Assembly (NCBI GenBank): GCA_964346955.1
Contig: CAYFWT010000021.1
Coordinates: forward strand, 1 to 59,136
Direction of reading: 5' to 3'
Origin: an uncultured Candidatus Saccharibacteria bacterium
GTDB taxonomy: Bacteria; Patescibacteriota; Minisyncoccia; Portnoybacterales; UBA2143
Length of the DNA: 59,136 bases
In this document: in pieces, positions 26,890 through 35,293 of the stretch
Numbering within the stretch: the stretch's first letter is position 1
How the letters are laid out: every line of letters starts with the position of its first letter
Notes under the pieces: model-generated
Database searches by the model: none
Seen by the model: the letters and a program-made list of their open reading frames with translations, nothing else
Told to the model about the DNA's origin: nothing
Program-made: the position numbers and the translations under genes

Positions 26890-28012
26890 ACTTTATCTTC
26901 CGCCTAATAAAGGCAGGGATATCCCATTCACTTTCTGGCTCTTCTTCAATCGGACTTACTTTAGGTTTTAAGGGTGGCTTCTTTTTCTCTTTGTCCTCAA
27001 TTTGATTAATTGGCGAAATGTCTTGAACTCTGGGTTCGCCAGCTTTTTTCAATAAACCTTCATCAAAACCAGTAGCGATAACCGTAATCTTAATCTCGCC
27101 TTTCCTCAATTTTTCATCAATGACTGCTCCAAAAATAACTTTAGCCTCTCGGTCAATAGATTCAGTAATCACTTTAGCTGCTTCATTAATCTCAGTCATG
27201 GCTAAATCAGAGCCACCACTGACATTAAAAAGAACACCTTTAGCTCCATCAATAGAAACTTCCAAGAGAGGCGAATTAACAGCTGCTTTAGCTGCTTCAA
27301 CTGCCCTCTCCTCACCAGTTGCTCGACCAATGCCCATTAAAGCTGAGCCCGCCTCATGCATAATGGTTTTGACGTCAGCAAAATCAACATTGACGATACC
27401 GGGAGTGACGACTAAATCAGAAATACCTTGAACAGCTTGCCGCAGGACATCGTCAACCACCGAAAAAGCATTTAATAAGGAGGTTTTACGGTCAATAATC
27501 CCAAGTAATTTATCATTAGGAATAGTTATTAAAGTATCAACTCGGTCTCTCAACTGGACCAGTCCCTCTTCAGCAATCCGGGCCCGTTGCAACCCCTCAA
27601 AAGAAAAGGGCTTAGTCACTACGGCTACCGTTAAGGCCCCAGAATCCTTAGCTGCTTCAGCAATAATGGGACTCCCCCCTGTGCCAGTGCCGCCCCCCAA
27701 ACCACAAGTAACAAAAACCATATCAGCCCCTTTGACTGCCTCATGGATTTCCTCACGATTCTCCTCAGCTGCCTGACGTCCTATCTCCGGATTCATGCCT
27801 CCCCCTAACCCTTTGGTTAGATTTTTACCAATGTGAAATTTCTCCGGTGCATTAACATGATGTAAGTCCTGGGCATCAGTATTAATGGCTATAAAATCTA
27901 CGCCATGAATTTTACAAGCCACCATTCTAGAAACAGCATTCCCTCCGCTTCCTCCAATACCAATTACTTTAATTTTAGCGAATGTTTCAACCTCCGGCTT
28001 TATTTGAACCAT
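26888..28012 (-). CDS. ftsZ: cell division protein FtsZ
   Basis: GGGTGTG tubulin signature, IKVIGIGGSGGNAV and NTDAQ. Confidence 0.95.
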   Translation of the reverse strand: MVQIKPEVETFAKIKVIGIGGSGGNAVSRMVACKIHGVDFIAINTDAQDLHHVNAPEKFHIGKNLTKGLGGGMNPEIGRQAAEENREEIHEAVKGADMVFVTCGLGGGTGTGGSPIIAEAAKDSGALTVAVVTKPFSFEGLQRARIAEEGLVQLRDRVDTLITIPNDKLLGIIDRKTSLLNAFSVVDDVLRQAVQGISDLVVTPGIVNVDFADVKTIMHEAGSALMGIGRATGEERAVEAAKAAVNSPLLEVSIDGAKGVLFNVSGGSDLAMTEINEAAKVITESIDREAKVIFGAVIDEKLRKGEIKITVIATGFDEGLLKKAGEPRVQDISPINQIEDKEKKKPPLKPKVSPIEEEPESEWDIPAFIRRKIK

Positions 28013-28163
28013 AGTATTAAAATTGATAGCTTACTGCCATTAAAACCAATAATGAGGATCTTACTGACCCTCCTTATTTGCCTAAATGACATTAAGTGTC
28101 TTTCTCTAAAGAATTACCACACTTGTAAAAATATTGCAAGCCAAACAGAAAAAACAAGTTTTT

Positions 28164-29408
28164 TTAAGGTAAAAATCCTTTAAGCCAGTTTTTGATTTTA
28201 CTAATTGTTGGCGTAATAGAAAGTTGAGGGAAAGAAACTCCTTGACTAGCAACCCTGATTCGATTATCCATACCCCAAAGGACTAATCCAACAGCTGTGG
28301 CAAAGGCTGGATCATCAACTTCATCGATAACTCCCTCTAACTCTAAGGGGAAGCCTACTTGAGCTGGCAACTTTAATTCCTCCTTAGCTAAATCCACTAA
28401 ACCTGGCATTTTTGCTCCGCCACCCAAAAGAACTACCCCAGCCGGCAATAATCCTTGACGGTCAATCTTTTTTAGTTCTTCATTAACCAGCTCAAAAATC
28501 TCACTTAGGCGGGCTTCAATTATCTCTGCCACTTGCACCCGCGGAATAACTGCCTTTTCTTCTAATCCTAATTTAGATAAATCAATAGTATCTTTTTTAT
28601 TAATCTCAGAAGATAGAGCTGAGCCATATTCCAATTTGACTTTCTCAGCTAATTCAATACTGCCTCTTAGGCCAATAGCAATATCGTTAGTAATATGAGA
28701 GGAACCAACGGGCAAAACACAACTATGAATAATATCGCCTTCTTCAAAAACTGTCAAGCTGGCCGTGCCGCCACCTAAATCTAGAGACAAAACACCCAAT
28801 TCTTTTTGGCGCTTACTTAAAGCAGCTCGACTGGCAGCTAAGGAGGCCAAGACTAGTTCTTCTATTTCTAAACCAGCTTCCGAAATACATTTGGTTAAAT
28901 TCTTAATAAAGGGAGTTGCTCCTTCAATAATTAAAGCATCTACTTCCAATCTGACTCCGGTCATACCTACCGGATCTTTTATGCCATTTTGACTATCAAC
29001 CAAGAAACCACGAGGAAGCACATGAAGAATTTCTCTATTTTGCGAAATAGAGATAGCTGAAGCAGCACTGACCGCTCGAGAAACATCCTCCTGGGAAACT
29101 TCGCTATCAGCCCGAGAAACAGCTACTACCCCTTTACTTATTTTGGGAACAATATGACTACCACTTAAGCTAACGTAAACACGCTCAATAGATAACCCGC
29201 CACTTCGTTCAGCCGCACTAATAGCCTGACCAATATTCTTAACTGTCTCTTCGATATCAATTACTACCCCCTTCCGTAAACCAAAAGAAGGCGCTTGGCC
29301 AACACCAATAATTTGGAGTTTTGATTGGTCGGCCCTTGCTTTCGCCACTACTGCTCGGATAGAGCAAGTTCCGACATCTAGACCAACAATGACTGTTTCT
29401 TTGGCCAT
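28164..29408 (-). CDS. ftsA: cell division protein FtsA
   Basis: 414 aa with an actin-like ATPase fold (GLDVGT, LDLGGGT, VLLGGGA), immediately upstream of ftsZ. Confidence 0.9.
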   Translation of the reverse strand: MAKETVIVGLDVGTCSIRAVVAKARADQSKLQIIGVGQAPSFGLRKGVVIDIEETVKNIGQAISAAERSGGLSIERVYVSLSGSHIVPKISKGVVAVSRADSEVSQEDVSRAVSAASAISISQNREILHVLPRGFLVDSQNGIKDPVGMTGVRLEVDALIIEGATPFIKNLTKCISEAGLEIEELVLASLAASRAALSKRQKELGVLSLDLGGGTASLTVFEEGDIIHSCVLPVGSSHITNDIAIGLRGSIELAEKVKLEYGSALSSEINKKDTIDLSKLGLEEKAVIPRVQVAEIIEARLSEIFELVNEELKKIDRQGLLPAGVVLLGGGAKMPGLVDLAKEELKLPAQVGFPLELEGVIDEVDDPAFATAVGLVLWGMDNRIRVASQGVSFPQLSITPTISKIKNWLKGFLP

Positions 29409-29415
29409 AATAAAT

Positions 29416-29443
29416 GAATTTAGAATTTAGAATTTAGAATTTA
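29416..29443. repeat. perfect 7-nt tandem repeat (gaattta x4)
   Basis: Read directly, 8 nt upstream of the ftsA start. Confidence 0.8.
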
Positions 29444-29476
29444 GCTAATAAAATACAGGATAAATTTAGCTAAATT

Positions 29477-29497
29477 CCAGGTTCCAGATTCCAGATT
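29477..29497. repeat. 7-nt tandem repeat (ccaggtt, ccagatt x2)
   Basis: Read directly; it abuts the ybeY stop codon. Confidence 0.75.
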
Positions 29498-30013
29498 CTA
29501 CTTTAGGACTTTAGCCAATGCCTTCTCTTCCATCTCTCTCATTTCCTTTGCTTTTGGGCCTTCCCCTTCATGCTCATATCCCAACAAATGAAGTATACCA
29601 TGAATCAACAAAATGGCCAGTTCTTCTTTAAGCGGATGCCCTAAGCGCTTGGCTTGCTTCTTTGCCTGAGGATAACAAAGAATAATTTCGCCTAGCCTTT
29701 TTCTGCCATTAGGCGGTTCGACAAACTCTATTTCTTGGCCTCTTTTTAAACGGGGGAAGGCTTTGGCTAAATAAGGGAGAACTGATTTGTTGCCGAAAGA
29801 AAGAACGTCAGTGACTCGATTCTTACCCCGATACATTTTATTCAATTTTCTCATTCGACCATTACCAACAATCGCTAAACTAATCTCTGTCTTGCCCTTG
29901 GACAAGCTCAGAAGAGGTCTCTCTTGACCAACTATATTTAGGGCGACTTCCGCCACCCGCTGAAAAAATTTCTCGTCTATTTCATTCTGGGTAAAATTAT
30001 GAATTTCCAACAT
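29498..30013 (-). CDS. ybeY: rRNA maturation endoribonuclease YbeY
   Basis: HGILHLLGYEH zinc motif and TDVLSF. Confidence 0.85.
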   Translation of the reverse strand: MLEIHNFTQNEIDEKFFQRVAEVALNIVGQERPLLSLSKGKTEISLAIVGNGRMRKLNKMYRGKNRVTDVLSFGNKSVLPYLAKAFPRLKRGQEIEFVEPPNGRKRLGEIILCYPQAKKQAKRLGHPLKEELAILLIHGILHLLGYEHEGEGPKAKEMREMEEKALAKVLK

Positions 30014-30028
30014 TGCCTTAAAATTACT

Positions 30029-30523
30029 CTACTTGCCAAGTGCTTCCTGAACAATTTTATTAACTAAATTCCCTTCGGCTCTGCCTTTTAATTGGGGCAT
30101 TAAAGCTCCCATGACCTTGCCAATGTCTTTAGGGCCGCTGGCCCCTAACTCATCAATTTTTTCTTTAACCAATTTTCTAATATCTTCTTGACTCATTTGT
30201 TCAGGCAGATAACTCATTAAAATCTCTAGCTCCTTTTTTTCTCCTTCAACTAAATCTGGTCGATTACCCTTCTCGTACTGCTCAATAGAATCTTTATGCT
30301 TTTTAACTTCGCTAGAAATTACCTCTAAAACCTCTTCATCTGTTAATTTACTTAATTCTTCTAATTTTTCTATTTCTTCAGTTTTACTTAATCTAGCTCT
30401 TTTTTCCTTCTCTTTATTAAAAATAGCTGCCAAAAGCATCCGCAAAACAGAAATCTTCAATTCATCTCTTTGACGAAGAACTTCTTTTAAATCTGTTTGG
30501 ATTGTTTCTTTGAGAGACACCAC
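30029..30523 (-). CDS. GatB/YqeY domain protein
   Basis: 164 aa with L..DLK.A.....E...S.LRML..A and G....G.VM. patterns. Confidence 0.75.
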   Translation of the reverse strand: MVSLKETIQTDLKEVLRQRDELKISVLRMLLAAIFNKEKEKRARLSKTEEIEKLEELSKLTDEEVLEVISSEVKKHKDSIEQYEKGNRPDLVEGEKKELEILMSYLPEQMSQEDIRKLVKEKIDELGASGPKDIGKVMGALMPQLKGRAEGNLVNKIVQEALGK

Positions 30524-30529
30524 TCAATA

Positions 30530-30660
30530 TAAATCACAAATCCCAAGCACCAAATCACAATCCTTCGACTCGGTCGCCTAAAGCGACCTCGCTCAGGAAA
30601 TAATTTTATAGTGAGCTTGTCGAACTATTGTTTGTAATTTGTGATTTGTGATTTGTAATT
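30530..30660. repeat. MITE-like repeat element, copy B (inverted relative to copy A)
   Basis: Core 30560-30628 is the reverse complement of 2821-2889. The heptad arms are aaatcacaa... and tttgtaa/tttgtga/tttgtga/tttgtaa. One arm is 14 nt (two heptads) longer than in copy A. Confidence 0.6.
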
Positions 30661-30903
30661 TTATCTTCTTCCCCATCTTGTTTCTTCCTCCAAAAGACCC
30701 ATCTTTCTTAATTTCTCTTTTTCTTGAATAATTTGTTTTCGTCTTAAGGCACTAGCTCTTTTTTCTCTTTTAGTTCTTTCTTTTTCACGAAATCTGGCCT
30801 TACGGGCCCGAATTAAAATGCCACTTTGCTGAATTCTTCGAGAAAAGCGTCTTAGCAAACTACGAGTGGTTTCTCCCTCTTTTTTCTTAACTTCGATGAC
30901 CAC
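30661..30903 (-). CDS. rpsU: 30S ribosomal protein S21
   Basis: VVIEVKKKEGETTRSLLRRFSRRIQQSGILIRARKARFREK is S21-like. The GTG at 30903 is preferred because SD GGGAGG lies 8 nt upstream; the ORF-track start at 30912 overlaps that SD. Confidence 0.8.
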   Translation of the reverse strand: MVIEVKKKEGETTRSLLRRFSRRIQQSGILIRARKARFREKERTKREKRASALRRKQIIQEKEKLRKMGLLEEETRWGRR

Positions 30904-30929
30904 ATAATTCACCTCCCTTTTTATAGTGA

Positions 30930-30964
30930 GATTTAAGATTTATGATTTAAGATTTAGATTTAAT
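30930..30964. repeat. 7-nt tandem repeat (gatttaa/gatttat/gatttaa/gatttag/atttaat)
   Basis: Read directly; it runs into the last codons of the downstream CDS. Confidence 0.7.
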
Positions 30965-31528
30965 AGCTACTGCTTTTTCCTTATCGACTAATTTAAGTAA
31001 TTTTTCAATCAAATTTTTTGGATTCGAGTCATAAACAATTTTCCCTGGCCCACGATGGCAATTAGCTACAATTTCTTTAACCATGTCGGTTGTCCCCCCA
31101 CTACCAGTCAAAATACCAATTGGCTTTTTGTCTTCGAAAGCGATAGTAAATTCATTAAGGGTGCCCATCCGACCACAAACTATGACTACCGCATCGGAAG
31201 CACGAGTCAAAAGCAAATTTCGACCAGCATATTCAAAGCCAGTGTAAACAATCAAATCATGGAAATCGACTGGCAAGCGATATTTCCTAATATGAGACTT
31301 TTCCGAAGCGGCGGGCGAAAGCCCAATAACAATACCCTCTTCTTCTTTAGCGCCAATAGCTGCCCAGTAAGGAATGCCGGTGGTCGCTCCAGTAACCAGG
31401 ACGCCGTTGTGTCTGATAATTTCTCGGCCAACTTCCTTGGCTAACTCCAAGGCCTTTTTTGAACAATGGCTGGTTGCCGCCGCTCCAGAAACACAAATTT
31501 TATATTTTAAATAGGTCTTGCGTTCCAT
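30947..31528 (-). CDS. TIGR00725/LOG-like Rossmann-fold nucleotide-binding protein
   Basis: 193 aa with ICVSGAA...GVLVTGATTGIPYWAA...AVVIVCGRMGTLNEF patterns. Confidence 0.6.
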   Translation of the reverse strand: MERKTYLKYKICVSGAAATSHCSKKALELAKEVGREIIRHNGVLVTGATTGIPYWAAIGAKEEEGIVIGLSPAASEKSHIRKYRLPVDFHDLIVYTGFEYAGRNLLLTRASDAVVIVCGRMGTLNEFTIAFEDKKPIGILTGSGGTTDMVKEIVANCHRGPGKIVYDSNPKNLIEKLLKLVDKEKAVAIKSKS

Positions 31529-31560
31529 TTAGTTTAGCTTACTACCTTTATTTCTTTTTG

Positions 31561-32931
31561 TCAAAGTGACAAATCTACTACCTGTCCCATTTCGGGTGCT
31601 TCGGCTGGCAAGCCTAAATGGTCCTTGATTTTTTGAGCTAAAGCTAAGGCCGCTTTTTCTTCACCTTGACAAGTAAATATTTTTTGAGGCCGCCTAGAAG
31701 AAACAGGACTGACCATAAAAGATAACCAGTTCATTAAATCCCTTTGGTCAGCATGAGATGAATAAGCATTAATATGTTCAATTCTTGCTTTAACTGGAAT
31801 AATTCGATCTAATATTTCAACCTTTTTAGCTCCTTCCAAAATTTTTCGCCCTAAGGTCCCTTGGGCCTGATAGGTAACAATCAAAAGAGTGCTCTTGGGG
31901 TCAGATAAATAGCGGACTTGGTGATGGAGAATCCTACCGCCCTGAGACATACCTGAACCAGCAATAATAATCTTTGGCGGAGCCACTTCATTAATTGCCT
32001 TTGACTCTTTAGCCGTGAGAGTAAATTTTAACCCTGGGAACTTAAATATATCATCACCTGATTTAATCAAGAGCTCAGCCTTTCTGTGATAATATTGGGG
32101 ATAGCGGCGATAAATTTCAGTTAATTTCATGGCTAAAGGGCTATCAACAAAAATAGGTATCTGAGGAAGTCGATGATTTTCGACTAGTTCATTAAAATGA
32201 TAAAGAAGTTGTTGAGTTCGTTCTAGGGCAAAACTGGGGATCATTAAAACACCACCTCGGGCCACTGCCTCTTCGGCAACATCTTCAATCATATCTTTGG
32301 TGGCCTGACTGGGCTCGTGAAGACGATCACCGTAAGTTGATTCTATAACCACATAATCAGCTTCTTTAATCTGGGCTGGCTTTCTTAAAAGAAGCACTTG
32401 ACCAGAACCTAAATCACCAGAAAAAACTATTTTCTTACCAGCTACTTCTATCTCAATGATTGCTGAACCCAAGACATGACCAGCCTCTTTAAAACAAACA
32501 GAAACCCCCTTATCTAATTCAACTGGTTGGCCATATTCAACTATCTTAAACATCCTCATTGTCTTCTCAATCTGTTGTCTATCAGCTGGTGGAATAATCC
32601 CAGCCCTAGCTGCTTTCTCATGAAGAATCTTCTGGCTGTCTTCTAACATTAAACGGGCAAAATCAATAGTTGGCGCGGTAGCAAAAATTTTCCCCTTAAA
32701 ACCCTCATCAATCAATTTAGGCACTCGACCAATATGGTCTAGATGAGCATGAGTAAGCAAAACAAAATCAATTTCTTTTGGTTGATAAGGAAATGGCTGA
32801 TAATTATTCTTTTCAACTTTTCGACCACCCTGAAAAAGCCCACAATCAATCAGGATTCTTCTTCCGTTAGTTTCTAATAAATAATTGACGCCGGTAACTA
32901 TCCGGGCCCCTCCGTGAAAATGAAGCTTCAT
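31561..32931 (-). CDS. MBL-fold beta-CASP family ribonuclease (CPSF/RNase J-like)
   Basis: 456 aa with LIDCGLFQG, LTHAHLDHIG and a late HADQ motif characteristic of beta-CASP. Confidence 0.8.
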   Translation of the reverse strand: MKLHFHGGARIVTGVNYLLETNGRRILIDCGLFQGGRKVEKNNYQPFPYQPKEIDFVLLTHAHLDHIGRVPKLIDEGFKGKIFATAPTIDFARLMLEDSQKILHEKAARAGIIPPADRQQIEKTMRMFKIVEYGQPVELDKGVSVCFKEAGHVLGSAIIEIEVAGKKIVFSGDLGSGQVLLLRKPAQIKEADYVVIESTYGDRLHEPSQATKDMIEDVAEEAVARGGVLMIPSFALERTQQLLYHFNELVENHRLPQIPIFVDSPLAMKLTEIYRRYPQYYHRKAELLIKSGDDIFKFPGLKFTLTAKESKAINEVAPPKIIIAGSGMSQGGRILHHQVRYLSDPKSTLLIVTYQAQGTLGRKILEGAKKVEILDRIIPVKARIEHINAYSSHADQRDLMNWLSFMVSPVSSRRPQKIFTCQGEEKAALALAQKIKDHLGLPAEAPEMGQVVDLSL

Positions 32932-33053
32932 AATTATTATTCTAAAGAAAACTAAAAAGACTAGCCTTCAAAAATATCTTATCAAAATATCTTTAAAAAG
33001 AAAAGCCACTGCTTAAAGCAATGACTCTTTCATCCTAAATAATATTCTCTTCT

Positions 33054-33548
33054 CTAAATATATCTATCAGCTATATGAGAAGCCGCGTAGGAGTCGGGCT
33101 TAATCTTAGCTTTAAAACCATTACCACGGACTATACCGACTACCTCTTTAATCATTTCTCGAGTAGGGCCATTCTGCCCGACATCAATATGAATTTGGAA
33201 ATCATAATTGGGTTCCCCCCTCGAGCCCAAGACTAATTCTAATTGAGCCAGCATATCTTGAGCTATTTGTAAAGACAAAGTCACCTCCTTATAAACACGG
33301 TCCCGAATAGTATGGTAGGCTTTATGCCCATTAGTCCTTCTCCAGAAATAACGACCTCCTCGACCGACCCGATAAACAATAATCGCCGTAACAAAATCAG
33401 TCCACTTATCGCCATCTGAATCTGTGCCGACAATCAATTGATACTTGTCTTGTGAATCTTGACTAATAAAATTAGAAATCTCTTTGGCTACCGTGGCTAA
33501 CTGCATTCGTCCTTTGGTTGGACTATGGAAAATATCTCTCTTTTTCAT
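33054..33548 (-). CDS. DUF458/YkuK-like RNase H-fold protein
   Basis: 164 aa. QLIVGTDSDG...FVTAIIVYRVGRGGRYFWRR matches the remembered YkuK-family pattern. Confidence 0.6.
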   Translation of the reverse strand: MKKRDIFHSPTKGRMQLATVAKEISNFISQDSQDKYQLIVGTDSDGDKWTDFVTAIIVYRVGRGGRYFWRRTNGHKAYHTIRDRVYKEVTLSLQIAQDMLAQLELVLGSRGEPNYDFQIHIDVGQNGPTREMIKEVVGIVRGNGFKAKIKPDSYAASHIADRYI

Positions 33549-33570
33549 TATTTTTAGTATAGTCTTTTAA

Positions 33571-33750
33571 TTACTTTTTGGCAAGGTCTGTCCCCAGCTC
33601 TTTTTGGTCAGGGACAAGTCCTAATCTTTTGTACATCTCCTCAATCTGTCTTTCTTGTTCGCTCAAATCCAAAATTTCTCGCCGAAGGCGGGCTTTTTCT
33701 TGACGGATATATTTACGAAGACTTTTAGGTAATCTCTTTCTTCTTTTCAT
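33571..33750 (-). CDS. small basic coiled-coil protein, hypothetical
   Basis: An internal ATG gives MKRRKRLPKSLRKYIRQEKARLRREILDLSEQERQIEEMYKRLG.... There is no family match and coding status is uncertain. Confidence 0.35.
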   Translation of the reverse strand: MKRRKRLPKSLRKYIRQEKARLRREILDLSEQERQIEEMYKRLGLVPDQKELGTDLAKK

Positions 33751-33948
33751 GATTAGCTCCGAAGTTAATAATTCCAGTAACATATCTCTTTTTTAATATA
33801 TCTCTGCTTTCTTGACAAGTTTTTTTAGAATAGTAAACTTGAGCCAGTGTACCTTTCAAACTAAAAAGTACACCCTGCAAAATAAAAAAGGTAGTCAAGA
33901 ATTTAAAGTCTAACCTCGGGTTAAAAATCTCAGAAAGGAGAGGAAAAG

Positions 33949-35208
33949 ATGAGAAGGGGAAAAAAATATCCGCCCTGGAAGAACTGGAGTGCGTCTAAAG
34001 CAGAATTGCTTCTCTTTAAATGCCCTTTGGCTTTTTGCTTCCAGTACGTGCTTCGGCTAGTGGTTCGTCAAGGAATTGAAAAGCTCTTTGGCCAAGCTAT
34101 CCACCGAATGGCCAAGAATTTCTTTAGTCTGAAACATGGCTATAAATCTGAAGAGAGCTTCCTTGGCAACTGGGAATATTACTGGTGGGGAGAAATGCTA
34201 GGCAAGAGATACAGAGGAATGGTTAGGGTTAAGAATCCTAAAGATCCTGGAAAATTTTTTGCCACCGGAATAAACATTCTCAAAAGATTTTACCAGGATA
34301 ACCTACCTTATCGGACAGGAGAACTTCCTAAACCAGAAGTCGAAAAGAGATTTGACCGTATTTTCAAAGGGCACCCCATCACCGGTAAAAAAGACAGGAT
34401 TCAGCCGCTTCCAAATGGTCAAGTAGAAATCTGGGATTACAAAACCGGCCTAAAAAAATATACGCGAAAAGAATTAGTTCGGGATATCCAATTTACTCTC
34501 TACAATCTTGACCATTTAAAAAGATTTGGCCAGAATCCAGTTCGAATGTGGATAGACCAATTATCTTATGAAGAAAAAATTCCGGTGCCCATAAGAACCG
34601 AGCGAGATTACCAACAATTGGGCCGCTGGTTAGATGAGGCGAGGATATATGTCCAGAATATCTTAGTGCCATCATCTAGCCAATGGCAAGACCTTCCTTT
34701 TCGCTGGCTCAATCCAGAAGATATCGAAAGGCAGTATTTCTCGCCCCGGCCCAGTGGCTTCTGTAACATCTGTGATTTCGAACATATCTGCCAAGACTGG
34801 CACCCCCAGGATTCAATGAGAGAATTGTGGATTAAGCGAGAATTAGAAGAAACCGGACCCTATCCTGAATACCTTCAGTTAGAGCTTCCTTTTTCTAAGC
34901 CCAAAAAGAAGAGAAGAAAGACGCTGGCTAAACCACCTTCGCCCCTCCACATCAGTGAAATCCTTTCTAATATGTTTGGCCAGGAAATCACTGAGGAAAT
35001 AGGTAAAGAGGTCTTTAAAAAGGGCAAAGAAATTCTGCCTGAGTATTGCCTCTTGAAAGAAGAAAGGACCTTACCTATCGATGCCCTGCCTCTTATCCTA
35101 AATTCGCTTAAAAGACAAGAAAAAATTACGGCTGGTCAGATTTGTCAGTATTGTTTGAAGGAAGGTTGCCCAGCCCGAGTCAAAGCACCTAGTCAAGAAA
35201 TCCACTAA
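33949..35208 (+). CDS. PD-(D/E)XK nuclease, Cas4/RecB-like with 4-Cys cluster, plus ~130-aa Lys-rich C-terminal extension
   Basis: An N-terminal Cys (FKCPLAFCFQY), DRIQP...VEIWDYKTG (D...ExK) and CNICDFEHIC (CX2CX5C). SD aaaggagagg upstream. Confidence 0.7.
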   Translation: MRRGKKYPPWKNWSASKAELLLFKCPLAFCFQYVLRLVVRQGIEKLFGQAIHRMAKNFFSLKHGYKSEESFLGNWEYYWWGEMLGKRYRGMVRVKNPKDPGKFFATGINILKRFYQDNLPYRTGELPKPEVEKRFDRIFKGHPITGKKDRIQPLPNGQVEIWDYKTGLKKYTRKELVRDIQFTLYNLDHLKRFGQNPVRMWIDQLSYEEKIPVPIRTERDYQQLGRWLDEARIYVQNILVPSSSQWQDLPFRWLNPEDIERQYFSPRPSGFCNICDFEHICQDWHPQDSMRELWIKRELEETGPYPEYLQLELPFSKPKKKRRKTLAKPPSPLHISEILSNMFGQEITEEIGKEVFKKGKEILPEYCLLKEERTLPIDALPLILNSLKRQEKITAGQICQYCLKEGCPARVKAPSQEIH

Positions 35209-35225
35209 GGAGGCCCTATTTAAAA

Positions 35226-35262
35226 CCCCTTGATGGGAAACCCGTCGAGGGGCTCTTTTTTT
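35226..35262. terminator. bidirectional intrinsic terminator
   Basis: Stem ccccttga/tcgagggg (8 bp, one G-U) followed by a T run, between the convergent nuclease and rtcB. Confidence 0.6.
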
Positions 35263-35293
35263 ATTGCAAAAATGAAATAAATCAACCATTCCA

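Noticed and set aside
29416-29497. Possible CRISPR array
   Set aside because: These and the other tandem tracts have a 7-nt period with no unique spacers. Nothing in the window has 24-40-nt repeats interleaved with spacers, and there are no cas genes apart from the orphan Cas4-like nuclease.
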